From positions 1,302,001-1,366,000 of the forward strand of contig CP145410.1 in assembly GCA_036867785.1 (NCBI GenBank): a stretch of DNA of 64,000 nucleotides, in the 5' to 3' direction. Below, in pieces: positions 1-12,900 of the stretch. A program made the translations under genes and the position numbers. Source of the stretch: Plasmodiophora brassicae (taxonomy: Eukaryota). Each line of letters begins with the position of its first letter. Positions within the stretch are counted from its first letter, which is position 1. Under the pieces are notes generated by a model. The model had not been told where the DNA came from, searched no databases, and was given only the letters and a program-made list of their open reading frames with translations.

Positions 1-976
1 GTGCCGACAGGCAAACTGACAGGGGAAAGGCGCTTAGGATTAGGCCGACGGCTGTCAGAGGCACGCCGCGGTCGAGGGCTTCGTTCGGCTATAAGCATAC
101 ATGGTCACAAGGGTTCTAAAATATGAGGAGCGCTCCTATGCTTACAAAGAAGGGACCGATTAGAGATCTGAACATTCACGTCAGATAAGAGCAGCCTCAA
201 CAACGAGTGGGTAGCGTAGCTACTGACATAGGAATGTTCATGAATAGAGATAGAACCAATAACGCCGCGAAAGCGCGGTTGATAGTACCGCCGGAGATGA
301 GGTTCAGTTCGCTGGGATTGTCGTCTTCGTCGTCTTCGTCTCCTTCCTCGATGTCCATTTTTGGCGCAGTGTCGTTGTCGCGTTTCGCGGGCGACGACGC
401 GCTCGGCACGCCCAGGAGCCGTTCGCCCCGTACGACCGCATGCATCCGACGGCGCCTCCAGCCCCGATGGTCGACGCTGACGCCAGGCGTCACAGGTCCG
501 ATCTCGCGGGAGCGTACCTACTCCTATAGGCCGAATCAACGGAACGCAAAATGAAAAATCTGCCCGACGACGCCCTACAACAACAACAGCCGCAGGGCAC
601 AGACAACCCACGCTCCCCTGCCCTACTTTTTGCGACGAATGACAACATCTCCGTAGTCGGAACTTGAAGTATGGCGCGCTATGTAGGTCTGGCATAAAAT
701 ATAAGCTTGTGCTCCCCAATTATGGCTGCCGGCCGTGCGTCATGTCCCTCGTGCATGAAGGAAGCATGTCGACTTCCCCATCACGCTAAAAGCGTGGCAA
801 AAACGCACCAGCATACGGTATATTTGCGAAGCAGCGCCGCGTGCGCTACGTTTCGTGAAACGATGAGCGTCGTCGCCGTCGCCGGGGTTCGAATTTAAAT
901 CGGGGGCCTACGAAGGCGCCGTGTGCGGAACTGCGGAGAGCGTCGCGGACCCCGCGTCACTTGAAACGTGAACGAC

Positions 977-2095
977 ATGGCGGTGCAACACGTTGTCCAG
1001 GGACTGTGGAAGGAGGCCGTCGATGCTGCCGATGGTTCTGCTTGGAGGCCGTCGCCGATGACGCAGGACTGGGCCCTGATGGACACGACGACTGCTGCTG
1101 CCACAGTTGGAGCCTACTTGGTCGGCATCCTGGTCCTGCGGTTGTTCATGGGGTTCCGCGGCAAAGGATACAACGTGAAGTCACTCGTCCTGATTCACAA
1201 CATGGGTATGTTCCTGCTTAGCGCCTACATGTGCGTGGAGACCATCCGTCAGGCATGGCTGGCCAATTACTCCCTCTTCGGTACGCCGACTGTTCATGAC
1301 AATGGATCCGTTCTGATGCGGTTACAGGGAATGCTGTTGACGAGTCTCCAAAGGGCATCGGGATGGCACGGATTCTGCACATTTTCTTCGTGTCGAAGGT
1401 GGCATGTGTGTCCTCTTTGTACATTGAAGCGGCCCTGACAGCCTTCCTAAATGCAGGTGTTTGAATTCATGGACACGATCATTATGTGCCTGCGTTGCCG
1501 CTTCCGCCAGATTACCTTCTTACACGTCTACCACCACGCCAGTATTTTCGCTATCTGGTGGGCGATTGTCAAGTACTATCCAGGGGGAGGTCCGGCTTCG
1601 TGTCGCAGAATTGTGTGCTATGTACTGACGCCACATCACCTCAGAGGCGTACTTCTCCTGCACTCTGAACTCGTTTGTACACGTCGCGATGTATGGCTAC
1701 TACTTCTGGAGCGCCGTTGTCCCTCGCACTGACGAGAAACGGCCGCATTGGACTCATCCGGTAGAGAGACGATTCCTATCCATTGTTTTATATGTTTCGT
1801 TTACTGCCTCTCTTTGTAGGCGTTCTACCGTCGCTACATTACGCGGCTTCAAATGACCCAGTTCACAGTCATGCTCTTCCAGGCGGCATACGACTGCGTC
1901 GTTCCTTCGCCGTATCCGAAGCGAATGGCAATGCTGCTGTTTGTTTGTAAGTTCTTTCCGTTGCCCTGTCGCCTCTTAAAGATTGCTGAACAAGTCGTTT
2001 CAGACATGTTGACCATGCTCAGTCTCTTTGCTAACTTCTACAGCAAGTCGTACTCCAAGTCTGGCAAGAAGGCCGAGCACATGAAAGAAGCGTGA
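977..2095 (+). CDS. ELO/GNS1-SUR4 family fatty-acid elongase (PUFA-elongase type), spliced
   Basis: Joined exons give KVFEFMDT, the His box LHVYHH, LNSFVHVAMYGYY and ITRLQMTQF, and a Lys-rich C-terminus. Short GT-AG introns, e.g. 1281-1328 and 1399-1456. Confidence 0.93.
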
Positions 2096-2722
2096 TCATA
2101 CTGGTGGACTCTGGTTCTCCCAATACAACAACCCTTTAGAACCGTAACTAGTAATAATCCAAAGGTGCATTATATATTTTACAAGTAGGACATGAAGTAG
2201 TACGTTCCGGTAGCGACGCTTCCCAACAAAACCGTATCTGTGCACTGTCGTAAATAGGAGTCAGATTGGAAACCGACATGCCTGTTGCGCACTGAATATC
2301 GTCCGCTCCCAGTGTGTCAACATGTAGAGACCCGTGATCTGCGACACGCTGTAGACCAATCCGTCGACACGCAACGACCCCTAACCCTACGAGATTGTAG
2401 TGCATGTGCAGATCCTCAAGCGCGGCACCAATCCATGTCGACGGTCGCTTGTTGCACGTCGGCTGCACACAGCAGAACTCTCCAGCCGCCAGGATACCGT
2501 GGTCGTTCGCTACGACCGTCATCGTCTCTCCACACGCGCTAAAATTTGCCACGCCGGACCGGCTGTTGCCCCAATGCCAACAAATGTCTGTCCGACTCCG
2601 AGGCAAAATCATGGCGGTGTCTGTCACTCTGGAAATCGGTTGTTTTCTCAAAGTGGCTGTGTGACGTTCGATGATGCCGTCATGCTGCACTGTGCCCACG
2701 GGCGAGGTGGTCGGTGGTGTCA

Positions 2723-5700
2723 ATGGCAATGCTGGAGGATGCTGACAACGAGCGCCTGGCCGCGCTGTTGAGGGACGAAGACGATGACCACGATGACCGC
2801 GACCACGTCCGGGACCAGGCCGAGCATCCGCTTCGGGCTGCTATTCGACGGGTTTGGAAGGGCTCCAAGCAGCTGCTGCGGATTGTGTCGTCCAGCCTGT
2901 CTGACGATAATTCGACGTGGCAGCATGTCGTTATTGCTGTGGTCGAGATGCTGCAGATCCTGTCATTCGTCTTCCCATCCGACAATGGCCTTGCACTGGA
3001 TAGTACCGTTCTTTATAACACGGCTGTGGCCTTATCTGCATTCAATGGCGGCTTCTTGAGCGATGACGTTCGCCAGCCGGCTTCGTTCGCTATTCTACTC
3101 GCGATTGTGTGCGGCCTTGTGATCTTCGGGACCCGTCTTCTACAGCATTCGTCACCTTCCATGTCACTTGACTGGAAACGCGATGTCCAGATCGTACGTA
3201 CAATGTTGGTCATCTCATCAACGCTCGCGCCTGTGCCCATCATTGATTCGTTCCTTCGACCGTTCGCAATGAACGATTCATCAGCAATGTCTTACATTGG
3301 CGTCCTTATCGCAATGCCTGCGATGGTTGCTTTCGGCATCCTCGTTAAGGTGGCTGTCGGGACTTACGATCCTCGGTCGTCTTGGTTCTGGACCCGTTCC
3401 CATTGTCGATTCGACACCATGCAGTTTGTTCTTCGCGTTGCGGTCGTCATCATCTTTCGCGCTGCGTCTGTCACTGTTGGCGTCTTCGTCTGCCTTCCAG
3501 GCATTCTGGTCCAAGCGTATGCATTTGCCATGCTTGGGCCGTATAGCACACCTGTAGCGAGCCGTGTTGCATCTGTCTCCAGTCTTGTCCTTGCGTGGGC
3601 CTTCATTTGTAGATGTTTGCTTGTCGTGTCAAGAGAGTCCACTGCAATGCAAGTGTTTCTTATTTCTGTTCCATTTATTGTTGGAGCCGCGTTCTTTCTC
3701 GACCGTATCCGATCGCGTACGATTATGGCCACGCCGTCCATGTTCTTACGGAACTCGTTTGAAGTGCAGCAGCGCGTCAACCTTCTTCTTGCTCCTGCAA
3801 GGGCGCGTCAAATGTCTGACGACGAACGGAGTACGTTGCTCGATTCAGCACAGTCACTTCTGGCTCAGACGACAACCAGGTTTTCGACCTCATCGATTTT
3901 GCATGTGTTTCATGCTATGTTTCACTTGCATTACAAGAATAACCTCTTCATGGCGCTTTCCTCACTCGATACTGCAGATTCGTTGAACGCTGCACCGGAT
4001 GTATCATATATGATCGAATCACTGCGTCTTGACATCGAGGATATCGTTTCGGGGACACCTGAAGCTCTTGCTAACAAGAATTTCGTCGCGTTCATGGCGA
4101 ATCTTGACAGCGCTGTCGCTCTGGACAGAATAGCAACTGCTAATCAGTCAAAGTTCTGGGAGCTCGTTCTCAACGGGGTCCTGACTCAAGAGGCAACTTT
4201 GCAACAAATTGGTGCAGCATCTGCAAGGTACGTGCGACATATCAGCCTCGCGACTGTTTCTGAATGCGGTTCGAAGGTCTGCGATTGAAACGGCAATGCG
4301 ATACATGCGATGCTTGCAGCTGTGCCCAGACTCAGTAACTGTCCTCTCCCTGATGGGTGGGTTCTCCCGTGATATTGTCCACGACGTCGCGTCTGCCCAG
4401 CGGTTCATGGACACTGCCGACAAGTGCCGGCGAGCGGAGTTGGAGCATTCGGCTTCCCACAGTTCTGATTTCAGTGGGAAGCGGTACGTGCGGAACCTGT
4501 TCTGTGAATCGAACCCGGTTGTTGTTGTGTCCGGTCATCCCGCCCAACTCGGACGCATTACCGACTGCAACTATGCTGCCCTGTCTGTCTTCGGCTATGC
4601 AGATAAGCGGGCCCTTGTGGGAAGAAACATTGCCATCCTCATCCCACCACCTCTTTCTGCTCTTCATGGATCTATCATGGCCGCCAATCTAACATCCGGA
4701 AGAACCTCCTTTACTGGAAAGACCCAGCTGGTGTACACCGTTACTGCTCTGGGCTACCTGGTCCCAGTTCACCTGTTTGTCAGCAGGTAACAATTATTGA
4801 TTAACTCGCTTCCGCCCATTGCCTAAGTACCAACGGTGGCAGGGTTTGGGGAGGCGATGGCCACATGGCATTTGTAGCAGCCATGACGAGAGTGGAGGAG
4901 GCCGTCGGCGATATTGGAGTTGCCATTATATCGGAAGAATCTGTGGTTGCTGTTTCTCTGGGATTTGCAACGTTTTTCGGCGTCGACAACGATGCACTAA
5001 GGAACGGCACCCTTGTTGACGTGACCAAGCTGGTTCCTTCCTTCGCCAAAGCGAAGGAGTCCATCCTTCGCCCCACGGGTCATCGCTGCCCCGTCGTTCC
5101 TCTCAAACAGTCAGACGATGCATCAGGCAATAACTCTACCATCGTCCACCTGTGTGCAACACTCCTGGAGGTCTCCGGACATTGCTCTTTGGTTTTATTA
5201 CGTGCTCGGCACCTCGCAGGGCTAGAAGGACATGTAATCCACTCTGCTTCGACAAGTCCCCGACGGGAAACGCGTGTTGGGAGGTCTCAGTCTGCTTCGC
5301 GGGCATTCAATTTGGTCTTGAGTGACGATGGTGGTGACCATACTGTCGACGTGGCTGTCGCAACGGAGGCCATGAGACCTGGCAGGCCAGGAGATACGCC
5401 AACCGTTGCAACCGGCACGTCCGCAGCATCCAGTGTGACCAGCAACCCTCTTGTCGTAATCGTCAGCCGAGTTCGGCAACGATTCATGCAGCAAACGGCA
5501 GCGACAGAAAGCGCTCTAGGGGACTCTGCTCAGCGACGCCTGACTAGCCGGCTGCAGCGGTTTCAGACTCTCTTTCGCCTTACCGTCCTGTGTATATTGG
5601 CTTTGGCTGTAACCACGTATGCAGTCACGAGCGTCCTGCTATCGAACTTTACAGGTACGTCGTTGGTCATATCATGGGCCCGACTCGTAACTTGCTGACA

Positions 5701-7456
5701 GGTCAAGTAACGTTCATGACGGACGCCGGTGCACAGCGTCGTCTGGCCACCGCCGAGATCGCTGATGCGCTACACCGGCTTCTGGTCGCAGATCGAGGCC
5801 TTCCCACTGCTGACAACCAACTGGAGCAGACATTGTCAGTCGCTACTGTTGCTGTTGCTCTCTCAAAACGCATACGCTGAACGTCGCTTCAGAACAATGA
5901 CATCGTCCGCCACGTCGTTATCGCAGGCCTCAGCTGCGTTTTATGCACAGCGCGCGTCTCTTACGAACGATCAACTGGCTTTGCTGGGCACGAAGCAGGT
6001 TGCCGTTTCACTGCGCCTTCTGGACGGTTCCTCTGCAAACGTGAATTACACGTTGATGGATGTCGGCCTGTTGACCGTGGCGGCCACGCGCTTGGTCTTG
6101 CTCCTCAATTCGACCACTCTCGTCCCCAGCGACCCGAACGTTGCCTTCGCACTGAATAGTCAGCCCATTGTGGACGCGTACCACGATTCGACCATGATGC
6201 TTCAATTACAGGCGCAGGCTCTGTATCCGGGCGCCAACCTGGTGACATCGGCGCTGAGCATCTTCGCGGTTGTCATTATCGTTGTTCTTGTATGGGCCAT
6301 CGTTCGCCCCACCATTGCGCGCATCTCCAGAAACCAGAGCGCCATCGTTCAAATGTTCCGAGCGATACCTCGCGCTGCTGCTGATCGTCAGTGGCGGCGA
6401 TGCCTGGCACGAACCGAATTGCACGATGACCTCGCCCGGAATGGACTTCGCGACAGCAACCGCCTTCGCGATTACTTTGACGAGAAGGGCGCCGGCGACG
6501 ATGCAACGACGGCGGATTCCCGCTCCAAGAACCAGATCGACACCGATGATCTTGCAGACGCAGCGGATGACGGTAGTCGTCATCAGGAGCGCCGGCGCTG
6601 GTGGTCAGCGGGCACAGCGAAAAGCGTCGCGAAGGCGGCGGTTGGGTTCGTTCTCTGTATCGCCTATTTCCTGGCAGCATACCTGACCGGTTTCAATGCT
6701 GTTCGCGAGACCATCATTTACAAGCCTGCCGAATGCAACTGGGCATCGTACAGGCAGTCGGCCGCGATCAAGGTCGTTCTCCTTCTGCGAATGCAGGCGA
6801 CGGCTGGCGTTTTCAACGGCGGGGCAAACATATCGTCCGCCGTCACCAGTGCGATCAACGACTTCGAGCAGGTCCACAGCGCGCTCATGTACGGCAGTAC
6901 GGCTCTGCACACGCCAGCGTACTCGTCTGTGTACAACCTGCAGGACTACATCATGACCCAGAATGGGTGCACGCCTCCCTCGTCGTCCGATTGCACCGCG
7001 TACGACAATCACGTGATGCTGAACGGGGCCAATGCGGCCATCAACGAAATGATTGCCCAAGCGCAGGAGGCGTCGTCTGCCATCAGGGCGATCTGCAACC
7101 CGTGTGTCACCCAATCCCAGATGGCAGCTGCCCTGTCGGTGCAGCCGCTCAACATCACGAACACGCTCTACGCCTACCTGGCGCCAACACTGCGGGCCTC
7201 TGTCGACCTCTACGTGCAGGCCATGCAATCGCAACTGGGGACCATGTTCCGCACGACGGCGCTCGCCCTGCTGTTCTCATTCGTGGTCGTCCTCGCCCTC
7301 GCCATGGTCTTCGTCTACCAGCCCATGATCGTCTCCATCGACAGGGACGTGCAGGACACGCAGGGCATGCTACTGATGGTGCCCGAGGAAACCTACGCCG
7401 GCGCAGGCAGGCTGGTCGCGTACGTCGCCGAACACCAGAAGGCGCTCGAAATCTAA
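2723..7456 (+). CDS. Large multi-pass membrane protein with PAS domain (tiny macrocysts TmcB/TmcC-like), spliced
   Basis: Consecutive ORFs 2714-4288, 4209-4790, 4865-5698 and 5729-7456 can be joined by short introns. N-terminal TM bundle, TPR-like helices, a PAS-like segment (GRITDCNYAALSVFGY...LVGRNIAILIPPP...H), further TM pairs, and the ending MLLMVP. Confidence 0.75.
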
Positions 7457-7538
7457 ACCGTGCCCCGCGTCCGGAATCCGCTCCAGATATTGCTGTTGTA
7501 GGTCGTCAGCGTACAGTAGCGGCGGTGGCGTCAGCGAA

Positions 7539-9204
7539 ATGTCCCATCCGGAGACGAACGTTGCCAACCAGCAGGCCGACCTTCCCTGCCTGACCCGTCG
7601 CGAATCGGTGGCCCTGTCGGGCACGACCCGGTTCATGGCGGTCGTCGACGGCAACCTGTGGGCGCCGTCCACCGACGGGTCCATCCACATCCGCCACCTG
7701 GCGTCTGGGGCGCTCATCGACCGCGTCACGTCGACGAAGGGCGTCGCTGAACGCTTCTTCGCCACCGCCATCGCGGCGTGCGACGCGTGCGTCTGGATCG
7801 GGTGCTCCGACGGCACGATCCGGGCCTACGATCGCAGCGAGCGCCGCCTGCTGCCCGCTGTTCGCCGCCATCAGGGCGCCATACGCGCCATGTGCCTGTC
7901 GAACCACGTCGTCTGGACAGCGACCCAGAACGGTGTCGTCGAGTGCGCCGAGCAGGCGACCGGCCGCGTCGTCATGACGCTGACCGGCGCCCGGTCCATC
8001 GTCGTCAACGCCATGTGCTGCGTTCGCGACGCCCAGCTGTGGACCGCCACCGAGGACGGCGTCCGGATCTGGTCCCGGTGCGGCCAGTTCAAAGCGCACC
8101 TTCGTGGGCACGACCGGGGCGTCACGTCGATCGTCAGCGTCGGCAGCGCCGGCACGGTCTGGACCGGCGGCGACGACGGCCGGCTGATCATCTGGGACCC
8201 GAAGACCTACTCGATCGTCAAGCTGATCATGGCGCAGGCCAACCCGATCGACCGGCTGGTCGCCGTCCATGAATGTCGGGTCGCGCGTCGTGTATGCAGG
8301 GCGCCCGCGTGTTTCGCTGACCGCACGCGGCAGACGTGATATCGCTGGCCAGGGACGGCAGCGTACGTCTGTGGAACGGCATCTCGGGCGAGGCCCTGTT
8401 CTCCAACGTCACCGACACGGGCGTCATCGACCTGGTCGCGTACGACGACGACTCGGTCTGGGTCAGGTATAGCGTCGCGTGTCGATGTGGGAACGCGTCT
8501 CGGTGACGTCTCCCGTCAGTTACTGCCGGCCAGCGAATCGCCTTGAGCATTGGCGCCTGAGTGCGGCAGAGGAGGAGGCGGCGGCGCCGGATGGCGACAT
8601 CGCCGACGGTGACCTGGACAACGGCGGCGCTCGACGAATCATCGTTGGCCTGCGCGACAATGTCGCCCAGCTGCGGAAGCGCCTAGACGAGGAGCGCCAG
8701 CGCAGCCAGGCGCTACGTGGCGAACTCGACGCCGAGAAGGACCTGAACCGGAAGACCAGACGCGACCTCGACGCGTTACGCGCCGAGTTTCGTTCGCGAA
8801 TCGCGGACCTGGTCGCCAGTATCGCCAGCAACGACGCGGGCCAGCTGGCGGGCGTCAAGCGACCCGGCGTCGAGGCCGCCAGGATCGTCACCCGGTCACC
8901 CAGCAGCGTTCTCCTGCAATGCCAAGCCCGACACCGATCCTGCAGGGGCCGACGCCCATCTGCTGCCAAGCAAGGCAACAACAACGGCAGCAGCATCCCG
9001 GCCGCGATCACGTCGAGTGCTGACGGCAGCCAGGCCTGGCAGCCAGCGGCCAGCAGCCGAAGTCCTGCCGTGGACGTCCAGCGTCAGGCGCCGGTGATCA
9101 GCGCCGTCGAGACCGAGGAGCCCTCGCTGCTGAGACAGATCGAGGCGCACCTGACCGGGATCTCGATGGACGGATCGGAAGCGCGGGCGGCTGGGTTCCT
9201 ATAA
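7539..9204 (+). CDS. WD40-repeat protein with C-terminal coiled coil, spliced
   Basis: WD motifs HQGAIRAM, LRGHDRGVTSIV...WTGGDDGRLIIWD and AGQDGSVRLWN. Coiled-coil-like segment in ORF 8479-9204. Confidence 0.75.
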
Positions 9205-9303
9205 AGGCGGGCGGATGTCGTGGTGGCCGCTATCGGACGATCGTGTGGCGCGTAACGGGACTGGCCAGATCGGCCGACCGCGGTGCAGGGCCGACCCAGA
9301 CCG

Positions 9304-9714
9304 ATGGAGGAGGACCGCGTCGCCCAGATCCTGGTCGTCCTGCGCGTCGATGCGCTGACGCAGACGCAGCTGGGCGACGGCATCGGCGACCCGCAGGCCT
9401 ACAAGTGCACCTGTCCGGTCTGCCTGAAGACGTTCCAGCGCCCATGCGGCATGAAGGACCACCATCGGACGGTGCACAAGAAGGAGAAGCTGTACACCTG
9501 CGACGTCTGCGACAAACCGTTCGGCCACCGGTCGCACGTCAAGCGCCACATGCGGACGCACACCGGCGAGCACAAGTACGCCTGCGCGTTGTGCGACACG
9601 ACCTTCACCGAGAACGGCTCCCTGAAGCGGCACATGCGTCGTAAGCACCCGTTGCAGGGCGAGGTCGCGCCGGCATCATCATCATCACCGTCACCGCCCC
9701 CCACACAGATCTAG
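9304..9714 (+). CDS. C2H2 zinc-finger protein (3 fingers)
   Basis: CPVC..HHRTVH, CDVC..HMRTH, TGEHKY linker, CALC..HMRRKH. Start codon uncertain. Confidence 0.85.
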   Translation: MEEDRVAQILVVLRVDALTQTQLGDGIGDPQAYKCTCPVCLKTFQRPCGMKDHHRTVHKKEKLYTCDVCDKPFGHRSHVKRHMRTHTGEHKYACALCDTTFTENGSLKRHMRRKHPLQGEVAPASSSSPSPPPTQI

Positions 9715-9937
9715 AGAGAGAGACAATACAATGTACCCAAGACCCATCGCCTCGCGACGAACGAACAGAGATGTATCATGTGCAGAGTGCCACGAGGCGG
9801 ACGCGCCTGGATCCGCCATGCGTCTTGCGAGCCTTGACCTTCATCATCACGTCCACAGAGCAGCGCGTCATGGGCGACAGGGGTGGGTGTGTCCCGGGTG
9901 GAAGCGCATTCGTCGCCCATAGTCGGCCGGCCGGATG

Positions 9938-12900
9938 TTACCGCGATGCCTGGCCGCCGCCGCCGCCGCCACGGCTCTGGAAACGTCTTGGAGGGCCACC
10001 GCTGCGCCCACCACGCGATCGGTGCTGGCCGTGGCCGGTCTGGGCGACCGGTTCGTAGTTGCGATAGCTGAGGTCGATGTCGAGCTGCGAGTCGACGTCC
10101 TCGGCAGGCAGGCCGTAGTAGTTACGCTTCTGCTCCTCGGCGTGGTCCCGCTCCATGCCCGCGATAACCAGCTGTCGCAGCGTGCGCTGCTCCTCGATGG
10201 CGCTCTGCTTGCCCAGCAGCGACTTCTTGGCCAGGTCGACGTCCTTCGGGATCGTCAGCGCCTTGGTCTGCGTCTTGTTCTGCTTTCGCGTGAGCAGGTG
10301 GAACACGACGTTCTCGCCGTCTCGAGGGGCAGGTCGCGCCGGCGCCGTACTGGTGATACCAATGTCGCCGAACGCGGACGCGTCCGTGAGGTTCTGTACG
10401 GTACGCTTCTCGAACTTGCGCTCCTCGACCGACTCCAGTACGAGGCGCTCCAGATCCATCTCAAACGATCGGTCTTCCTCGGTCTTCTCCTCGGGGTTCA
10501 GGCCACCGTCACGACGTTCAAAATCATCGCTGTCATCGTCGTCGTCCACATCGTCCTCGTCGTCTTCGTCGTCATCGCTTTCCGACTCATCCTCAACGGT
10601 GCCGTTCGGGATGGGCTCCCTCGACTCGTCGTCGTCGTCGCTGCACTCGTCATCGGATTCGTTCGCACCGGCAGGGACGCCGACGGGCAGCGCCTGCGTT
10701 TGCGCTCCATGAAGCAGAACAAGGCGGTCGACGTCACCATGGCGATCCAGTGCCCCAAGGGCCTCGTCGACCTCGGCGAGAGTCGTGTAGCGCGGCAGGC
10801 GAGGCGCGAGGTGATCGAACAGGTCGGCAGCCATGAAGTCGACATCGGCCGCGATGACCGTCTTCAGGATGAGGTAACGCTGGAGGAACAGCAGCAACCG
10901 ATCCAGGCGCTTCCGCTTGCTCCCGCTGGAGAAGTACACGCCGCACCCATCCAGGATGACGCAGACGATGCTGACACGGAACGTGTCCGTAGGGGGATCC
11001 ATGCGGCTCACGAGGTTCCCGGTGGCGTCGATTTCGTGCCCGAGCGTCAGTATCAGGTAGAGCGTGTCGAACACCGTCTGCGCGTTGACGATCATGTAGT
11101 TGTACATTTCCGCCAGGTACCGGGCGAAGGAGAGGCGGCGCTGGGATTCGGCGAAATGGTTGCGCTCCAGCCCCTGGCGGATCTCCTCGAGGACCGCATC
11201 GGCAATCTCGACCGCAATCGACCCATGGTACTTGCTCAGGCCGCTGACAATGCTGGCCAGGTACCGAATGTTCTGCGTCTGGACGCGGTCGGCGCGGAAC
11301 AGGCACTTCTTCGCGTACGCGGCGACAACGGAATCCGACCAGGGAAGCTTCCGAAGCTGGTCCAGGATCTGGTCGACATTGTTCTCATTCAGCTCGACAT
11401 AGATCAAGTGGCGAATGTAGCTGTGCAACGGGGGAAGGACCTTCCGCGGCCGTCGGAAGCTGGCCGGCGGGTTGCACTGATAGTAGGCGTTCTCGATGAG
11501 GTTGTTGGCGTGCTCGTCCATGTACTTTGCCGTCTTCAGCTTCATCATCCTCGTCAGGCACTGCTGGCACCGTTCGTTCGTTTCCGGATTGCGGAACAGC
11601 CAGCGGCCGCAGGCCTCGAGCAAGGCGCAGCAAACGGGAATGCGCTGCCCAGAGAACTCGTTCAGACAGAAGTTCCACGCGTTGAACGCCAGCGAGTGAT
11701 GTGCGACCCCGAACTTCACCAGCTCGCCAATGAACCGGACGTTCCGGATCTTCGATTCGATGTTGTGTTGCGTCTTGTGATGCATCAGGCCAAAGAACTG
11801 GTTCTTGAGCAGGCGAGTGAGTTCGGACCCAATATCGGGGAAACAGGAATTGAGAATGGCGACCAGGCGCGCGTAATAGGGCAGCAGGTCCAGGCGCGTC
11901 CGATTCACACAGTAGATGGCCTCAATCAATCGTTTGCGTGTGCCCCGATTGTTCAGGTAGCAGAACTTTTCGGCCAGCTCGTCGATCTGTTCGCGGTTCA
12001 TCGCCTCGGGCAGACGTTGCAGGAACAGGTCCATAGGGGACAGTTGCTTGGGCGCCTCGGCCAATTCGGCATCATCGGGGTCGACAGGAACGTCCTTGTC
12101 GTCAATCACGACTGATTCAGATTGCGCTGACGCATCGGATGACTTTGCCCCCGTATCGCCAAGCAGGACGGCAGGCAGCATCGCTTTCAGATTCGGCAAC
12201 ACCGTGTAGAAGATGTTGGTTTCCTCGTCATCGAATAGCGACGTCGCCGACGGCGATGCTCTTGTCTCCTCATCGTCGACGACGATCTTGCTGACGTCCT
12301 CTTTCTCATCGGCAATGATTTCAGGCATGTCGCGTCGAAGGAGCTCTGCGAGCTGAGTCAGGTGCATGCGCAGGGCATCGAACCGCTCGACAAGCACTGT
12401 CAGCGCGGCAACGTTCTTTTCATCGATGGTCCCCTTGTAGAACTCCTGCCGGCGATTCTCCTTTCGCTGCTGCCTGACGTCCCGCATGACCTGGGCGAAC
12501 CGAGCAGCGAGAGTGTCAAAGTACCGATTGAACAGGCCCCTGCACTTCTCCTGGATGTCGGCCTCGATGATGGGAGGCTGCTCCGACGACACGGATCCGG
12601 CATCTTCGCCAGACAGCGAGAAGTCCGATTCAAGCCTGACGGGCAGGTACCCGAGGAAATCGTACCCAGAGTACCGGCAGAACCCGATCAGGATCGACAG
12701 AATCGTGCAGCTTGGGTCGGACCCCAAATCGGCATCCATTAGCTGCTTGATGGCCGCCGAGACCGACCTGGGCGTTTGGAACACGCCATAGCGGAACAAT
12801 TCCGTCAGCAGCTTCAAGGTGCTTCGCCATCGTGACGCCTGCTCCTTGTCGATCTCGGATTTCTTCGCGAACGACGCCGCCGTGTCGAACACGCGGACGA

